NCBI GenBank assembly: GCA_026016245.1
Contig: CP061211.1
Coordinates: 150,001-182,000, forward strand
DNA length: 32,000 nt
Reading direction: 5' to 3'
Source: Candidatus Pacearchaeota archaeon
GTDB taxonomy: Archaea > Nanobdellota > Nanobdellia > Pacearchaeales > UBA284
Part shown: in pieces, positions 7,795 to 16,569 of the stretch
Numbering within the stretch: position 1 is the stretch's first letter
Layout of the letters: each line of letters starts with the position of its first letter
Program-made: the position numbers and the translations under genes
The notes under the pieces: model-generated
What the model was told of the DNA's origin: nothing
Seen by the model: the letters and a program-made list of their open reading frames with translations, nothing else
The model's database searches: none

Positions 7795-8715
7795 ATGAGA
7801 TTTCCAATTACAACGGAAAAAACTGAATTTGAGTCAACTAATTTTGTAAATTTATCGGAAGCATTGCAAGAATCTTTACAAGATATGGATATAATTAACC
7901 CCAAAACTTATGAAGCTAAACAAAAATATTTTGATTTGCCTATTGAAGAAGGGCTCATGTTAAAATGTTTATCTAAATTTTTTGATCTTACTAGTAATTT
8001 TCATGTTGGCTGCTCTGCTGATATAAGACCACCAAGTTTTGCTTTTTATATGTTTAAAGGTTCGGCTGACACAAGAGAAGGTGCATTTAATTTTTATTAT
8101 CGAAGAATGCTTAAATTAAGTACTTTTTTAGAAAATACTTCTTTTAGAAATGAAAGAGGTGTCAGAGATCTAGAATCACTTGCAAGGGCTTATAATCAAA
8201 GAGAGAATTATGGAGAAAAAATAGGTATCAGTTGGAACGGTTGGACTGGAGATGAAGATAAACAATTTGGCAAAACTGGTTTTTCTGGTGCTAATATTAG
8301 CCTAGAATTTGATAGTAATTTTTTAAAAGAATTTGATGGAGTTGATGATTTAAGTAAAGAACCTTGGGCTTTCAAAAGCCCGCTATATGGAAAATGTACT
8401 CCTTTCTATCAGCTTGCAAAGAACACAAAATTAGCAGAAATAATTAAAGAATATCATAAACAAAAAGAAAAATTAAATCATTATCACCCCCAATTTATAT
8501 TATCTTATAATCTATCTATATTAAACTATAGTATTGATGATGTTTTATTTGGTATTTTTCAAGTTGCGAATAAAATCTTTTCAACTAAAGAAGATATAGA
8601 AACAAATAAAAATATAATAATAGAAAGCTGTTCAAGTTATATCCCAGCTCCAGAAAACTTTGATTTTTATAAAGAAAATCACCTATATTTTAAGCTTGGT
8701 GGTGGGAACAAATAA
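7795..8715 (+). CDS. hypothetical protein
   Basis: 306-codon ORF transcribed divergently from nrdR. TATA-like TTATAAAA at 7763-7770, 32 nt before the ATG. No motif recognised. Confidence 0.55.
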   Translation: MRFPITTEKTEFESTNFVNLSEALQESLQDMDIINPKTYEAKQKYFDLPIEEGLMLKCLSKFFDLTSNFHVGCSADIRPPSFAFYMFKGSADTREGAFNFYYRRMLKLSTFLENTSFRNERGVRDLESLARAYNQRENYGEKIGISWNGWTGDEDKQFGKTGFSGANISLEFDSNFLKEFDGVDDLSKEPWAFKSPLYGKCTPFYQLAKNTKLAEIIKEYHKQKEKLNHYHPQFILSYNLSILNYSIDDVLFGIFQVANKIFSTKEDIETNKNIIIESCSSYIPAPENFDFYKENHLYFKLGGGNK

Positions 8716-8716
8716 T

Positions 8717-9670
8717 TCAAACAAATCCAAGATAGAATTGAATAAAAATAAAGAATATATAAAGTAACAAGAGAGCTATTCCTTCCATTACATATAACTT
8801 AGAGCCACTGTGCAGGAAAGTTGCAAAGAGGAAAGTTAACAAGATTAAAAATATCGCGCTCACAAGAACAAGCATTAAGTTAGCAGTAATAGGAAAGATT
8901 AAAGCTGTAATTCCAAGAACAAGAGTTGAGTTTACGACAACAGAGCCAAAAAGATCACCAAGGGCCATTTCTCCGTAGCCAAGTTGAGCAGCTCTAGCTC
9001 CAAAAGCAAGTTCTGGTAAAGTGGTTCCTATTGCTATAAGAAATAAACCTATAATGATTGGAGGCAACATTAATTCTAGAGATAAAACAGTGGCGTACTT
9101 AACAACAAAATAAGAACTTGCAAAAAGAAAAATCAAGGAAATAACAAATATTATAGAATAAAGTATTACTTTTTCCCTTTTTATTCTTGTTTCATTTTCT
9201 AAAGGCTTTTTGAATTTTTTTCTTCTTTTCAAAATTCTCCAAGAATATAAACAGAAAGCTGCTATTAGAATTATGCCATCAATCCAGTTTAATGAACCAT
9301 CTATAAAGAATAAGACTAGAGGAAGAATTACTATTGGAATAAGAAATAAAGAACTTTTTTTAATATCTTTTTTCTTAATTTTTATTCCTCTAGCAAGAAG
9401 GATCATTATTCCTCCAATAAGTGCAAAGTTAGCTATGTTTGCGCCAATAACGTTTCCTAAACTAAGGGCAGTGTTTTGAGTAAGGGCAGAACTTATTCCA
9501 ACAAAAAGTTCTGGCAAGCTTGTGGCTATTGCTATGATTATGAAAGCTGCTGTAAACTCACTAATACGCAAAAATACTGAAATTTTTCCAATACTTTTAA
9601 CAAGATAAGTTCCACTACCAAAAAGAATAGCACATGAAAGAACAAAAAATAAAATATTTAACCATAACAT
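8717..9670 (-). CDS. Ca2+/cation antiporter (CaCA / YrbG-type Na+/Ca2+ exchanger family)
   Basis: Polytopic membrane protein with two alpha-repeat signatures: ATSLPELFVG...GNVIGANIANFALIGG and GTTLPELAFG...GDLFGSVVVNSTLVLG. Start set at ATG 9668-9670 (MLWLNILFF), 2 nt after the GGDEF stop. An upstream in-frame ATG at 9688 is the alternative. Confidence 0.85.
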   Translation of the reverse strand: MLWLNILFFVLSCAILFGSGTYLVKSIGKISVFLRISEFTAAFIIIAIATSLPELFVGISSALTQNTALSLGNVIGANIANFALIGGIMILLARGIKIKKKDIKKSSLFLIPIVILPLVLFFIDGSLNWIDGIILIAAFCLYSWRILKRRKKFKKPLENETRIKREKVILYSIIFVISLIFLFASSYFVVKYATVLSLELMLPPIIIGLFLIAIGTTLPELAFGARAAQLGYGEMALGDLFGSVVVNSTLVLGITALIFPITANLMLVLVSAIFLILLTFLFATFLHSGSKLYVMEGIALLLLYIFFIFIQFYLGFV

Positions 9671-9672
9671 TT

Positions 9673-10311
9673 TTATTCTATAACACAAACCTTATTTTTT
9701 CCTTTTTCTTTTGCTTTGTAAAGAGCAATGTCAGCCTGATCTAACATATATTGTATTCCTGCTTTTGTTAATTTGGATATGCCCATGCTTACTGTAACTT
9801 TTTCAAACCCTTTTTCAATCCTTTTACTAATAGCTCTTATTTTTGTTTCTGCAATCTTTTTTCTTATTCTTTCAGCTATTTCTCTTGCTTTTTTTAGTTT
9901 CGTATTTGGAAGCACGATAATAAATTCTTCTCCTCCATAACGGGCAACAAAATCTTCTTTTCGCGTCAGCCTTTGAATTGTTTTTGTTGCAGCTTTAAGA
10001 GCCATGTCTCCTTGTAAATGACCATAAGTGTCATTATATTGTTTAAAATTATCAATATCCATCATTATTACAGCTAGAGGCAGGCCTTGTCTTATTGATT
10101 TTTCCATCTCCCTGCCAAGAAGCTCATCAAGAATTCTTCTGTTGAATACACCAGTTAGATGATCTTTTGTTGCATATGAATAAAGCTCATTAAACAGTCT
10201 TCCAAGAGATCGAGCTTCTGGTTTTGGCTTTTTTATTTCACTCCTAATCTGTTTGCTTAATTGCTCTAGCGCAGCATATCTTTTTTCTTTCTTTCCTTTC
10301 CTCTTTTTCAT
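9673..10311 (-). CDS. stand-alone GGDEF-domain protein (predicted diguanylate cyclase), no sensor or TM domain
   Basis: Full GGDEF-domain signature: DHLTGVFNRR, DIDNFKQYNDTYGHLQGD, active site RYGGEEF (nt 9922-9936). RxxD I-site (RKED) lies exactly 5 residues upstream of GGEEF. C-terminal ADIALYKAKEKGKNKV. A basic helical segment of about 50 aa is the only N-terminal extension. Confidence 0.9.
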   Translation of the reverse strand: MKKRKGKKEKRYAALEQLSKQIRSEIKKPKPEARSLGRLFNELYSYATKDHLTGVFNRRILDELLGREMEKSIRQGLPLAVIMMDIDNFKQYNDTYGHLQGDMALKAATKTIQRLTRKEDFVARYGGEEFIIVLPNTKLKKAREIAERIRKKIAETKIRAISKRIEKGFEKVTVSMGISKLTKAGIQYMLDQADIALYKAKEKGKNKVCVIE

Positions 10312-10319
10312 TCTTTTTC

Positions 10320-12965
10320 TTACCTATTAAATATCTTTGGCTTTAAATATTTAAATAGTTCTCCAACAACAAGAATTGATAATGAGATTAAAAAGATTCC
10401 TGAAAATTCTTTAAGTGTTAATGAAGAAGTTCCGAAAAGTGTCTGTAAAAAGGGTGTTTGAACAATCAGGATTTGCAATATGAATGATATTATTATGGCT
10501 CCAAACAGTAGCCAGTTAGCCTTTAGTTTGTAGAGAGACTGTCTGAATGACCTAAAGTTTATTGCATTAAATCCTTCAAAGAATACAAGACCAGTGAATG
10601 CAACTGTCTGAAGTTTTATTGCATCTAAAGCACTTATCATGTTTATAGATAAGAGGATGCCTAGAGTAATTAGTATAGCAAGTAAAAACCAGATTACAAC
10701 AATTCCAGATGTGAATAGTTTAGCTTCTGTTGGTTTTCTTTTCATTACATCTGCCTCAGGATGTTCAAGACTTAATGTTAAGGCTATTATCCCATCACTC
10801 ACGAGATTTATCCATAATATTTGTATAGGTAATAAAGCAAGCATAGTTGGCCAGCCAAGTTGGGAGGCAAAAAGTAGAGCAAAAACAATTATAAAAATCT
10901 CGGCAAGGTTACTGCTTAAAAGATAGTATGAGAATTTCTTTATATTATCAAAAACACGACGCCCTTCTTTGACTGCTTTTGCTATAGAAGCAAAATTATC
11001 ATCTGTGAGAATCATGTCAGAAACATCTCTGGTTACATCTGTGCCTCTTATACCCATTGCTACTCCGATGTCAGCTCTTTTAAGAGCAGGAGCATCATTA
11101 ACCCCATCACCAGTCACAGCTACAATTTCTTTTTGTTCCTTCAGTATGTTTATAATCCTTAACTTTTGTTCTGGAGTTGTCCTTGCAAAAATTACAGTCT
11201 CCTTTATTTTAGATTTTAACTCTTCATCACTCATCTTCTCAATCTCTCTACCAACAACTGCTTCGCCAACCAAACCTATTTGTTTAGCCACTGCTATAGC
11301 TGTCAGCTTAGCATCACCAGTAATCATCTTAACTGCTATCCCTGCTTCCTTTGTTGCCTTAATTGCTTCTTTAACTTCAGGTCTTGGAGGATCTAACATC
11401 CCTTGAAAACCCACAAAAATAAGTTCAGATTCAGCGTCTGTTTGTGTAAATTTTTTATTGACAGGCTTATAAGCAAAACCCAAAACTCTCAAGCCTTGTG
11501 AAGCCATTTCTTCATATACAATTAGAAGCTCTTTTCTTCTTCTTGCCACAAGCCTCAGAGCTGTATTTCCAACAAGTTCTTTTGAACATTTCTCAAGAAT
11601 TACTTCTGGAGAACCTTTTACATAACTTATATTCTGAAAATCTGTCTTTCTAACAATGGACATCATTTTTCTTTTGGAAGTAAAAGCAAATTCCTTTACT
11701 CTAGGTTCTTTTTCAGTTAGAATTTTTTTATCAAAACCTAAATTAGAAGCTATTCTAATAAGAGCTGCTTCAGTAGGATCACCAATAATTTCTTCTTCAT
11801 CATCTATTTTTTCAAGGCGAGCATTATTACATAAACAGTTTATCTTAAGAAGCAGTCTGAGAGCTTTGTCCTTTACTTTTCCTTCCCCTATATTTTCTGC
11901 CTTGATTATTTTGTTATCATAATATAAATTAGTGACTGTCATTTTTTCTTCAGTTATTGTTCCTGTTTTATCTGTGCAGATTACTGTTACTCTGCCAAGA
12001 GTTTCAGCAGCAGGTAATTTTCTTATCAAACTTTTAACTCTATACATTCTTCGAACTGCTATTGCTAAACCAATAGTGATTACAGCTGGCAATCCTTCAG
12101 GAACTGCAGCAACTGCTAAACTTATAGCAGTAAAAAACATTTGAACTTTATCAAGACCAAAATAAATACCAAGTCCCGCTATAACTGCAACAAGAATTAT
12201 TACAATGACTCCAATTTTCTTAGCAAAACTATCGAGCCTGATCTGTAGAGGGGTTCTTTCTGCTCTAGTTTTTTGAACCATGCTAGCTATTTTACCAAAT
12301 TCAGTTTGCATGGCTGTGGCAACAACAAGGGCCTTACAAGAGCCTCTAACAACAGAAGTTCCTTTATAAAGCATGTTGGATCTATTATAAATTTCTGTTT
12401 CCACATCAAGAATCTTGGTTTCTTTATCAACAGGCGTGCTTTCTCCTGTCAAAACAGCCTCATTTGTCTGTAAATCACTAGTTTCTATAATCCTAGAATC
12501 AGCAACAACTTTATCACCTTCTTGTAAAATCAAAATGTCACCTGGAACAATCTCACTAGCAGGAATTTCCTTCAAAATACCAGAACGAAGAACTTTAGCT
12601 TTGGTTACTAACATACCTCTTAAAGCCTGGATTGATTTCTCAGCCTTATAGTTCTGAAAAAAACCAATACCAGCATTCAGAATAACAATACCAAGAATCA
12701 CATACATATCAATCCAATGAGCAACAAATGCTGAAACAATAGCAGCAAGTATAAGAAGAATAACAAAAAAAGATTTAAATTGTTCAAATAAAATTCTTAA
12801 AGGTTCAAACCTTCTAATCTTTCTAATTTCATTCTTGCCATATTCCTCAAGTCTTTTAGTAGCTTCTTTATCATTAAGTCCAGTAAATTTACTTTTCAGT
12901 TTTTCGATTGCTTTATCAGAACTTAAAGTATGCCAATAAATACTTTCCTTTACCTCTTTTTGCAT
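10320..12965 (-). CDS. P-type cation-transporting ATPase, P2 (Ca2+-ATPase-like)
   Basis: 881 aa. N-terminal cation-ATPase motif, TGES actuator motif (LTGESTPV), phosphorylation site CTDKTGTIT, PEGLPAVITIGLA in M4, hinge motif TGDGVNDAPALKRADIGVAMG. Ten predicted TM helices. Confidence 0.93.
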   Translation of the reverse strand: MQKEVKESIYWHTLSSDKAIEKLKSKFTGLNDKEATKRLEEYGKNEIRKIRRFEPLRILFEQFKSFFVILLILAAIVSAFVAHWIDMYVILGIVILNAGIGFFQNYKAEKSIQALRGMLVTKAKVLRSGILKEIPASEIVPGDILILQEGDKVVADSRIIETSDLQTNEAVLTGESTPVDKETKILDVETEIYNRSNMLYKGTSVVRGSCKALVVATAMQTEFGKIASMVQKTRAERTPLQIRLDSFAKKIGVIVIILVAVIAGLGIYFGLDKVQMFFTAISLAVAAVPEGLPAVITIGLAIAVRRMYRVKSLIRKLPAAETLGRVTVICTDKTGTITEEKMTVTNLYYDNKIIKAENIGEGKVKDKALRLLLKINCLCNNARLEKIDDEEEIIGDPTEAALIRIASNLGFDKKILTEKEPRVKEFAFTSKRKMMSIVRKTDFQNISYVKGSPEVILEKCSKELVGNTALRLVARRRKELLIVYEEMASQGLRVLGFAYKPVNKKFTQTDAESELIFVGFQGMLDPPRPEVKEAIKATKEAGIAVKMITGDAKLTAIAVAKQIGLVGEAVVGREIEKMSDEELKSKIKETVIFARTTPEQKLRIINILKEQKEIVAVTGDGVNDAPALKRADIGVAMGIRGTDVTRDVSDMILTDDNFASIAKAVKEGRRVFDNIKKFSYYLLSSNLAEIFIIVFALLFASQLGWPTMLALLPIQILWINLVSDGIIALTLSLEHPEADVMKRKPTEAKLFTSGIVVIWFLLAILITLGILLSINMISALDAIKLQTVAFTGLVFFEGFNAINFRSFRQSLYKLKANWLLFGAIIISFILQILIVQTPFLQTLFGTSSLTLKEFSGIFLISLSILVVGELFKYLKPKIFNR

Positions 12966-12985
12966 AAATAAAACAAGAAAAAAGA

Positions 12986-12997
12986 GATTAAAAATTT
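12986..12997 (-). promoter_or_regulatory. TATA-like box for the ATPase-GGDEF-antiporter operon
   Basis: Minus strand reads AAATTTTTAATC, about 31 nt upstream of the ATPase ATG (12965). This spacing matches the other predicted leaderless promoters in the window. Confidence 0.4.
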
Positions 12998-13000
12998 AAC

Positions 13001-13417
13001 TCAATAATTATTTATTCTAGAAAGATTCTTGTTTAACACTATTGGATTCATTGCTATTAATTCATCTTCGAAAATACTCTCTGGTATTGGATTAAACAGA
13101 AAAATCTTTTTTCCAAGTTCAAAAGCTTTAAAGATTTCTAGAAATGTTGCTCCGCCAATATAATTTCTTTGGCCATTTTTCTCAAAATTTAAAACAAGGA
13201 CTGCATCACTATTTTTTACTTTTTCATTTTGCAATCGAATCATCTCTGATTTCCATTTTATATGAGCTTGCCTTCCTTTTTTCTTTTCTTCCTCTTCTCT
13301 AAAAGGATCCTCATAACTATTAGGAAAAGTCAATTCATGTCCTACTTTCTTAAGTTGTTCTTGTATACAAGGTATTTGATGATAAAAATGCTTGCTACAA
13401 CAAATAAATATTTTCAT
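13001..13417 (-). CDS. small protein resembling the nucleoside 2-deoxyribosyltransferase-like superfamily (tentative)
   Basis: 138 aa. MKIFICCS start, then ...DAVLVLN...NYIGGATFLEIFKAFELGKKIFLFN. This resembles the Rossmann-like pattern of that superfamily. Pattern-level resemblance only. Confidence 0.35.
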   Translation of the reverse strand: MKIFICCSKHFYHQIPCIQEQLKKVGHELTFPNSYEDPFREEEEKKKGRQAHIKWKSEMIRLQNEKVKNSDAVLVLNFEKNGQRNYIGGATFLEIFKAFELGKKIFLFNPIPESIFEDELIAMNPIVLNKNLSRINNY

Positions 13418-13517
13418 AAAAAAATACAGAACTTAAAATATATAAAGATTTCTTAACTCAATGCAAATATTTTTATATGATTTTTTCTCTTTAAAGATGT
13501 AAATAAAAGAGGTGAAG

Positions 13518-15269
13518 ATGGTAAGTTTTGAAGAGATTATCGCAGCTGCTACAGGGAGCGTGTCTTCTATAGGAAATATTATATCTCAATCTCCAGATAG
13601 CCAGTCAATTCTTATTAGTATTGGAATTGTTATTATTATTTCTGCTATTCTTGCTATTATACTTAAATTATTGAAGCAGGAAATAATCCCTGCCTATATT
13701 TTAGCTGGTTTGATTATTGGTCCTCTTGTTTTAGGACTTGTTAAAGATACATCAGTAATTTCAGCCCTAGCAGAGATAGGCATAGCTTTCTTGTTGTTTG
13801 TAGCAGGAATAGAAATTTCATTTAAAAAATTAAAAGAGACTAGTACTGGTTCATTGGTAGCTGGTTTCTTTCAAATCATAATTATTGGTGTTGCAACATT
13901 TTTCATTTCAACAGCTCTTGGTTTTGGAAGAATAGAATCTTTTTATCTTGCTCTTGCCCTTTCTTTCAGCTCAACTATTCTTGTGATAAAGCTTTTTGCA
14001 GATAAATATGAGCTGAATACTTTACATGCTAGAATTGCGATAAGCATTTTATTGATACAGGACATTGTTGCTATCTTTGCTCTAGCCATCTTATCAGGAA
14101 GATTCACACATATTTTTGTTTATCTTGCCTTATTAAAAGTCTTCTTACTGCTCCTAATAGCTTTCTTTTTAAGCAAAACAATTCTCAAGCCTCTATTCAA
14201 TTTTGCTTCTAGATCCACAGAGCTTTTATTCATAGTTTCCATAGCTCTTGTCTTCTTATTTTCTGCTCTTAGCCATATCTTAGGACTTTCAATTATTATT
14301 GGAGCGTTTATTGGTGGTTTATCTCTAGCAAATCTTCGCTACAAAACAGAAATTGTATCAAAAATTCGCCCTCTTAGAGACTTTTTTGCAATAATATTTT
14401 TTGTCTCGCTTGGAATGTTACTAACAACATTCAATTTCAGAGAATTGATAGTTCCTTTGGTAGTTCTTCTTGCTATAGTTTTGATAGCTAAACCATTCAT
14501 AACTGCCTTTTTTATCAGAATAGCAGGTTATGGACAGAGAACAAGTGCTTTAACTGGATTTGGCCTCGCGCAAATATCTGAATTTTCCTTAATACTAATA
14601 CTTCAGGGATTTGTTTTAGGAATTGTGACACAGAAAACTTTCAGTCTTGTTGTTTTAGTAGCTATGATAACAATGGCTCTCACACCTTACCTAATAAGAG
14701 GTAGTCTAACTTTCTACTCAAGATCTATAGGAGCTATAAAAATTATAGAAAAACTTCCAACTGGCAAGGAAAAGACAAGATATAAATTTCAGAAAAAGAA
14801 AACTCTCTTACTTGTAGGTGCTCACAGAATGGGTTCTGTTTTTATCAAAAAGTTGGAAAGATTAAAACATAGAATCCTTGTTGTAGATTTTAATCCAGAA
14901 ATAATTAAAGCTCTAGAAAGAAAAAATATTTCTGCTATCTATGGGGATATAGCAAATACAGAAATTTTCAATCATCTTCCTCTAGCCAAACTTAAAGTAG
15001 TAATATCAACTGTTCCTAATAAGGAGGACAATATTCTCGTAATCAGATATTTCAAAAAGCTTCTCCCAAAAGTATTTGTGACAGTAACAGCGCAAAGAAT
15101 AGATGATGCTCTTGAGATGTATAAACTAGGAGCAGATTATGTAATAAGCCCAATGATAGTCAGTGCAGAACATGCTATAGAAAATATAATAAAACTTAAC
15201 AAGTGGCAATTCAGAAAACTAAAGAAAAAGCAAATAAGATATCTCAGAGATCTAAATAAAACTTTATAA
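13518..15269 (+). CDS. Kef-type K+(Na+)/H+ antiporter (CPA2) with a C-terminal TrkA-N/RCK domain
   Basis: About 12 TM segments typical of the Na+/H+ exchanger family, then the Rossmann-like stretch LLLVGAHRMGSVFIKKLERLKHRILVVDFNPE. Start moved to ATG 13518 because the track start, GTG 13512, lies inside a strong Shine-Dalgarno AGAGGTGA (13508-13515). Confidence 0.88.
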   Translation: MVSFEEIIAAATGSVSSIGNIISQSPDSQSILISIGIVIIISAILAIILKLLKQEIIPAYILAGLIIGPLVLGLVKDTSVISALAEIGIAFLLFVAGIEISFKKLKETSTGSLVAGFFQIIIIGVATFFISTALGFGRIESFYLALALSFSSTILVIKLFADKYELNTLHARIAISILLIQDIVAIFALAILSGRFTHIFVYLALLKVFLLLLIAFFLSKTILKPLFNFASRSTELLFIVSIALVFLFSALSHILGLSIIIGAFIGGLSLANLRYKTEIVSKIRPLRDFFAIIFFVSLGMLLTTFNFRELIVPLVVLLAIVLIAKPFITAFFIRIAGYGQRTSALTGFGLAQISEFSLILILQGFVLGIVTQKTFSLVVLVAMITMALTPYLIRGSLTFYSRSIGAIKIIEKLPTGKEKTRYKFQKKKTLLLVGAHRMGSVFIKKLERLKHRILVVDFNPEIIKALERKNISAIYGDIANTEIFNHLPLAKLKVVISTVPNKEDNILVIRYFKKLLPKVFVTVTAQRIDDALEMYKLGADYVISPMIVSAEHAIENIIKLNKWQFRKLKKKQIRYLRDLNKTL

Positions 15270-16568
15270 TGATTTTATCTCTTTAATCCCCATATCTTTA
15301 AGCTGACTTCTAGGTATAGTTTTAACAAGCTCTCTAATAGTAGAAATCTTTCTCTTGGCTTTAGCATATAATCTTTCTTTCTTAACAAAAGCTTTTTTCC
15401 ATTTTTTCTTGAAAGCTTTGAGATACTTAACATCAATATTAGTTGGAGGGCCAGCAACAACATAATATTTTTCTGGCTCTTTTAAAATAAAGTAAAATTT
15501 AGATATAAGGCTTTTTTCATCAAAATCAAAAGTTCCGCTAAGAATCTTAAAGCCATTCTTCTTCATATAGAAAAATAAAAATTCATAAAATTTCTTTAAT
15601 TTCGCACCAGCAATATCAACTTTCTTTTTTGTGCTGATAGTTTTTAGAGCAACAAATCTTGCTTTATCTTTTCGTGCTTTCTTTTTCCATGCATTAATAT
15701 CAAAAGCTTCTTTAAAGAAAAATTTCTCATTAGGAGTCTTTAAAAAATCCTTACATGCTTTAATGAATCTTGTAAAAGTTTTGAAACTTAAGGCAGCTGC
15801 CGCATTTCTTTCTTTCTGAACAGGATCAATTAAAATTATAGGGGAATGTAATTTAGCTTCATTTAATTCTTTAAATACTTGATTTTTGCTTTTATAATAT
15901 TTCTTTGGGTCAACTACAATTCTGCTCTCTTTTGATATTGGTATTTTCCATTTAGAAGCAGCTCTAATAAAGTTAACAAATGAGCCATAATAAGAGACTA
16001 AAACTTCAAGAGCATAACCTGAAAATCCACGAATGTAGGATTCAGCTCCATAACAATCAGTTCCATAACAGAAGGCCTTTGCTAATCTTATTTCATTAGC
16101 TAATTTCTTGTTCTTTTTTATTTGTTTTAAAATATAAGTAACATGTAAGGGAGAAATGTCAGTAATATTCAAAGCCTGGGATGGTTTCTTAATTGCAAGA
16201 ATAGGAATAAGTTCAAGTTTCAAGTTTTTATATTTGACTTGGAAATAATCTCTAGAGCCTTTTAATCTGATATGTTTTAGTTTACTTGCCCTAATAACTT
16301 GCTCTAAATATCTAGAAAGCTCTTTACTTTTATTTTTGTATCTTGCATAAGGAAACATAATAAAAATATCAATATCATATTTTGTATCTCTCTTCACTAA
16401 AGTTTGTTTTGCAAGAGAACCCCCAACAAATAATTTAGCTTGATATTTTTTTAATTTTGGCCTTAATTTTTTTTCAAATTCCAAAAGAGATTTATCTAGC
16501 AAAATTTTCTCCTTTAATAGAGGAGTAATTTTTTTGCTTACATTTGATAAAATTTGTTGTATTTTCAT
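15264..16568 (-). CDS. cca: archaeal class I CCA-adding enzyme (tRNA nucleotidyltransferase)
   Basis: 434 aa. Class I nucleotidyltransferase signature GGSLAKQTLVKRDTKYDIDIF. Archaeal-type length and architecture. SD GAGGT upstream. Overlaps the convergent Kef gene by 6 nt. Confidence 0.85.
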   Translation of the reverse strand: MKIQQILSNVSKKITPLLKEKILLDKSLLEFEKKLRPKLKKYQAKLFVGGSLAKQTLVKRDTKYDIDIFIMFPYARYKNKSKELSRYLEQVIRASKLKHIRLKGSRDYFQVKYKNLKLELIPILAIKKPSQALNITDISPLHVTYILKQIKKNKKLANEIRLAKAFCYGTDCYGAESYIRGFSGYALEVLVSYYGSFVNFIRAASKWKIPISKESRIVVDPKKYYKSKNQVFKELNEAKLHSPIILIDPVQKERNAAAALSFKTFTRFIKACKDFLKTPNEKFFFKEAFDINAWKKKARKDKARFVALKTISTKKKVDIAGAKLKKFYEFLFFYMKKNGFKILSGTFDFDEKSLISKFYFILKEPEKYYVVAGPPTNIDVKYLKAFKKKWKKAFVKKERLYAKAKRKISTIRELVKTIPRSQLKDMGIKEIKSL

Positions 16569-16569
16569 T

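Noticed and set aside
10639-12651. Series of + strand ORFs (95, 145, 88, 70, 66 and 78 aa) inside the P-type ATPase gene
   Set aside because: All lie antisense to a gene with unambiguous P-type ATPase motifs. Their translations are S/L/I/P/T-rich low complexity, as expected from the reverse complement of a real coding frame, and they have no promoter or SD signals.
13512-13517. GTG at 13512 as the start of the Kef-type antiporter
   Set aside because: The GTG lies inside the Shine-Dalgarno sequence AGAGGTGA. The ATG two codons downstream (13518) is at proper spacing and is the more likely start.
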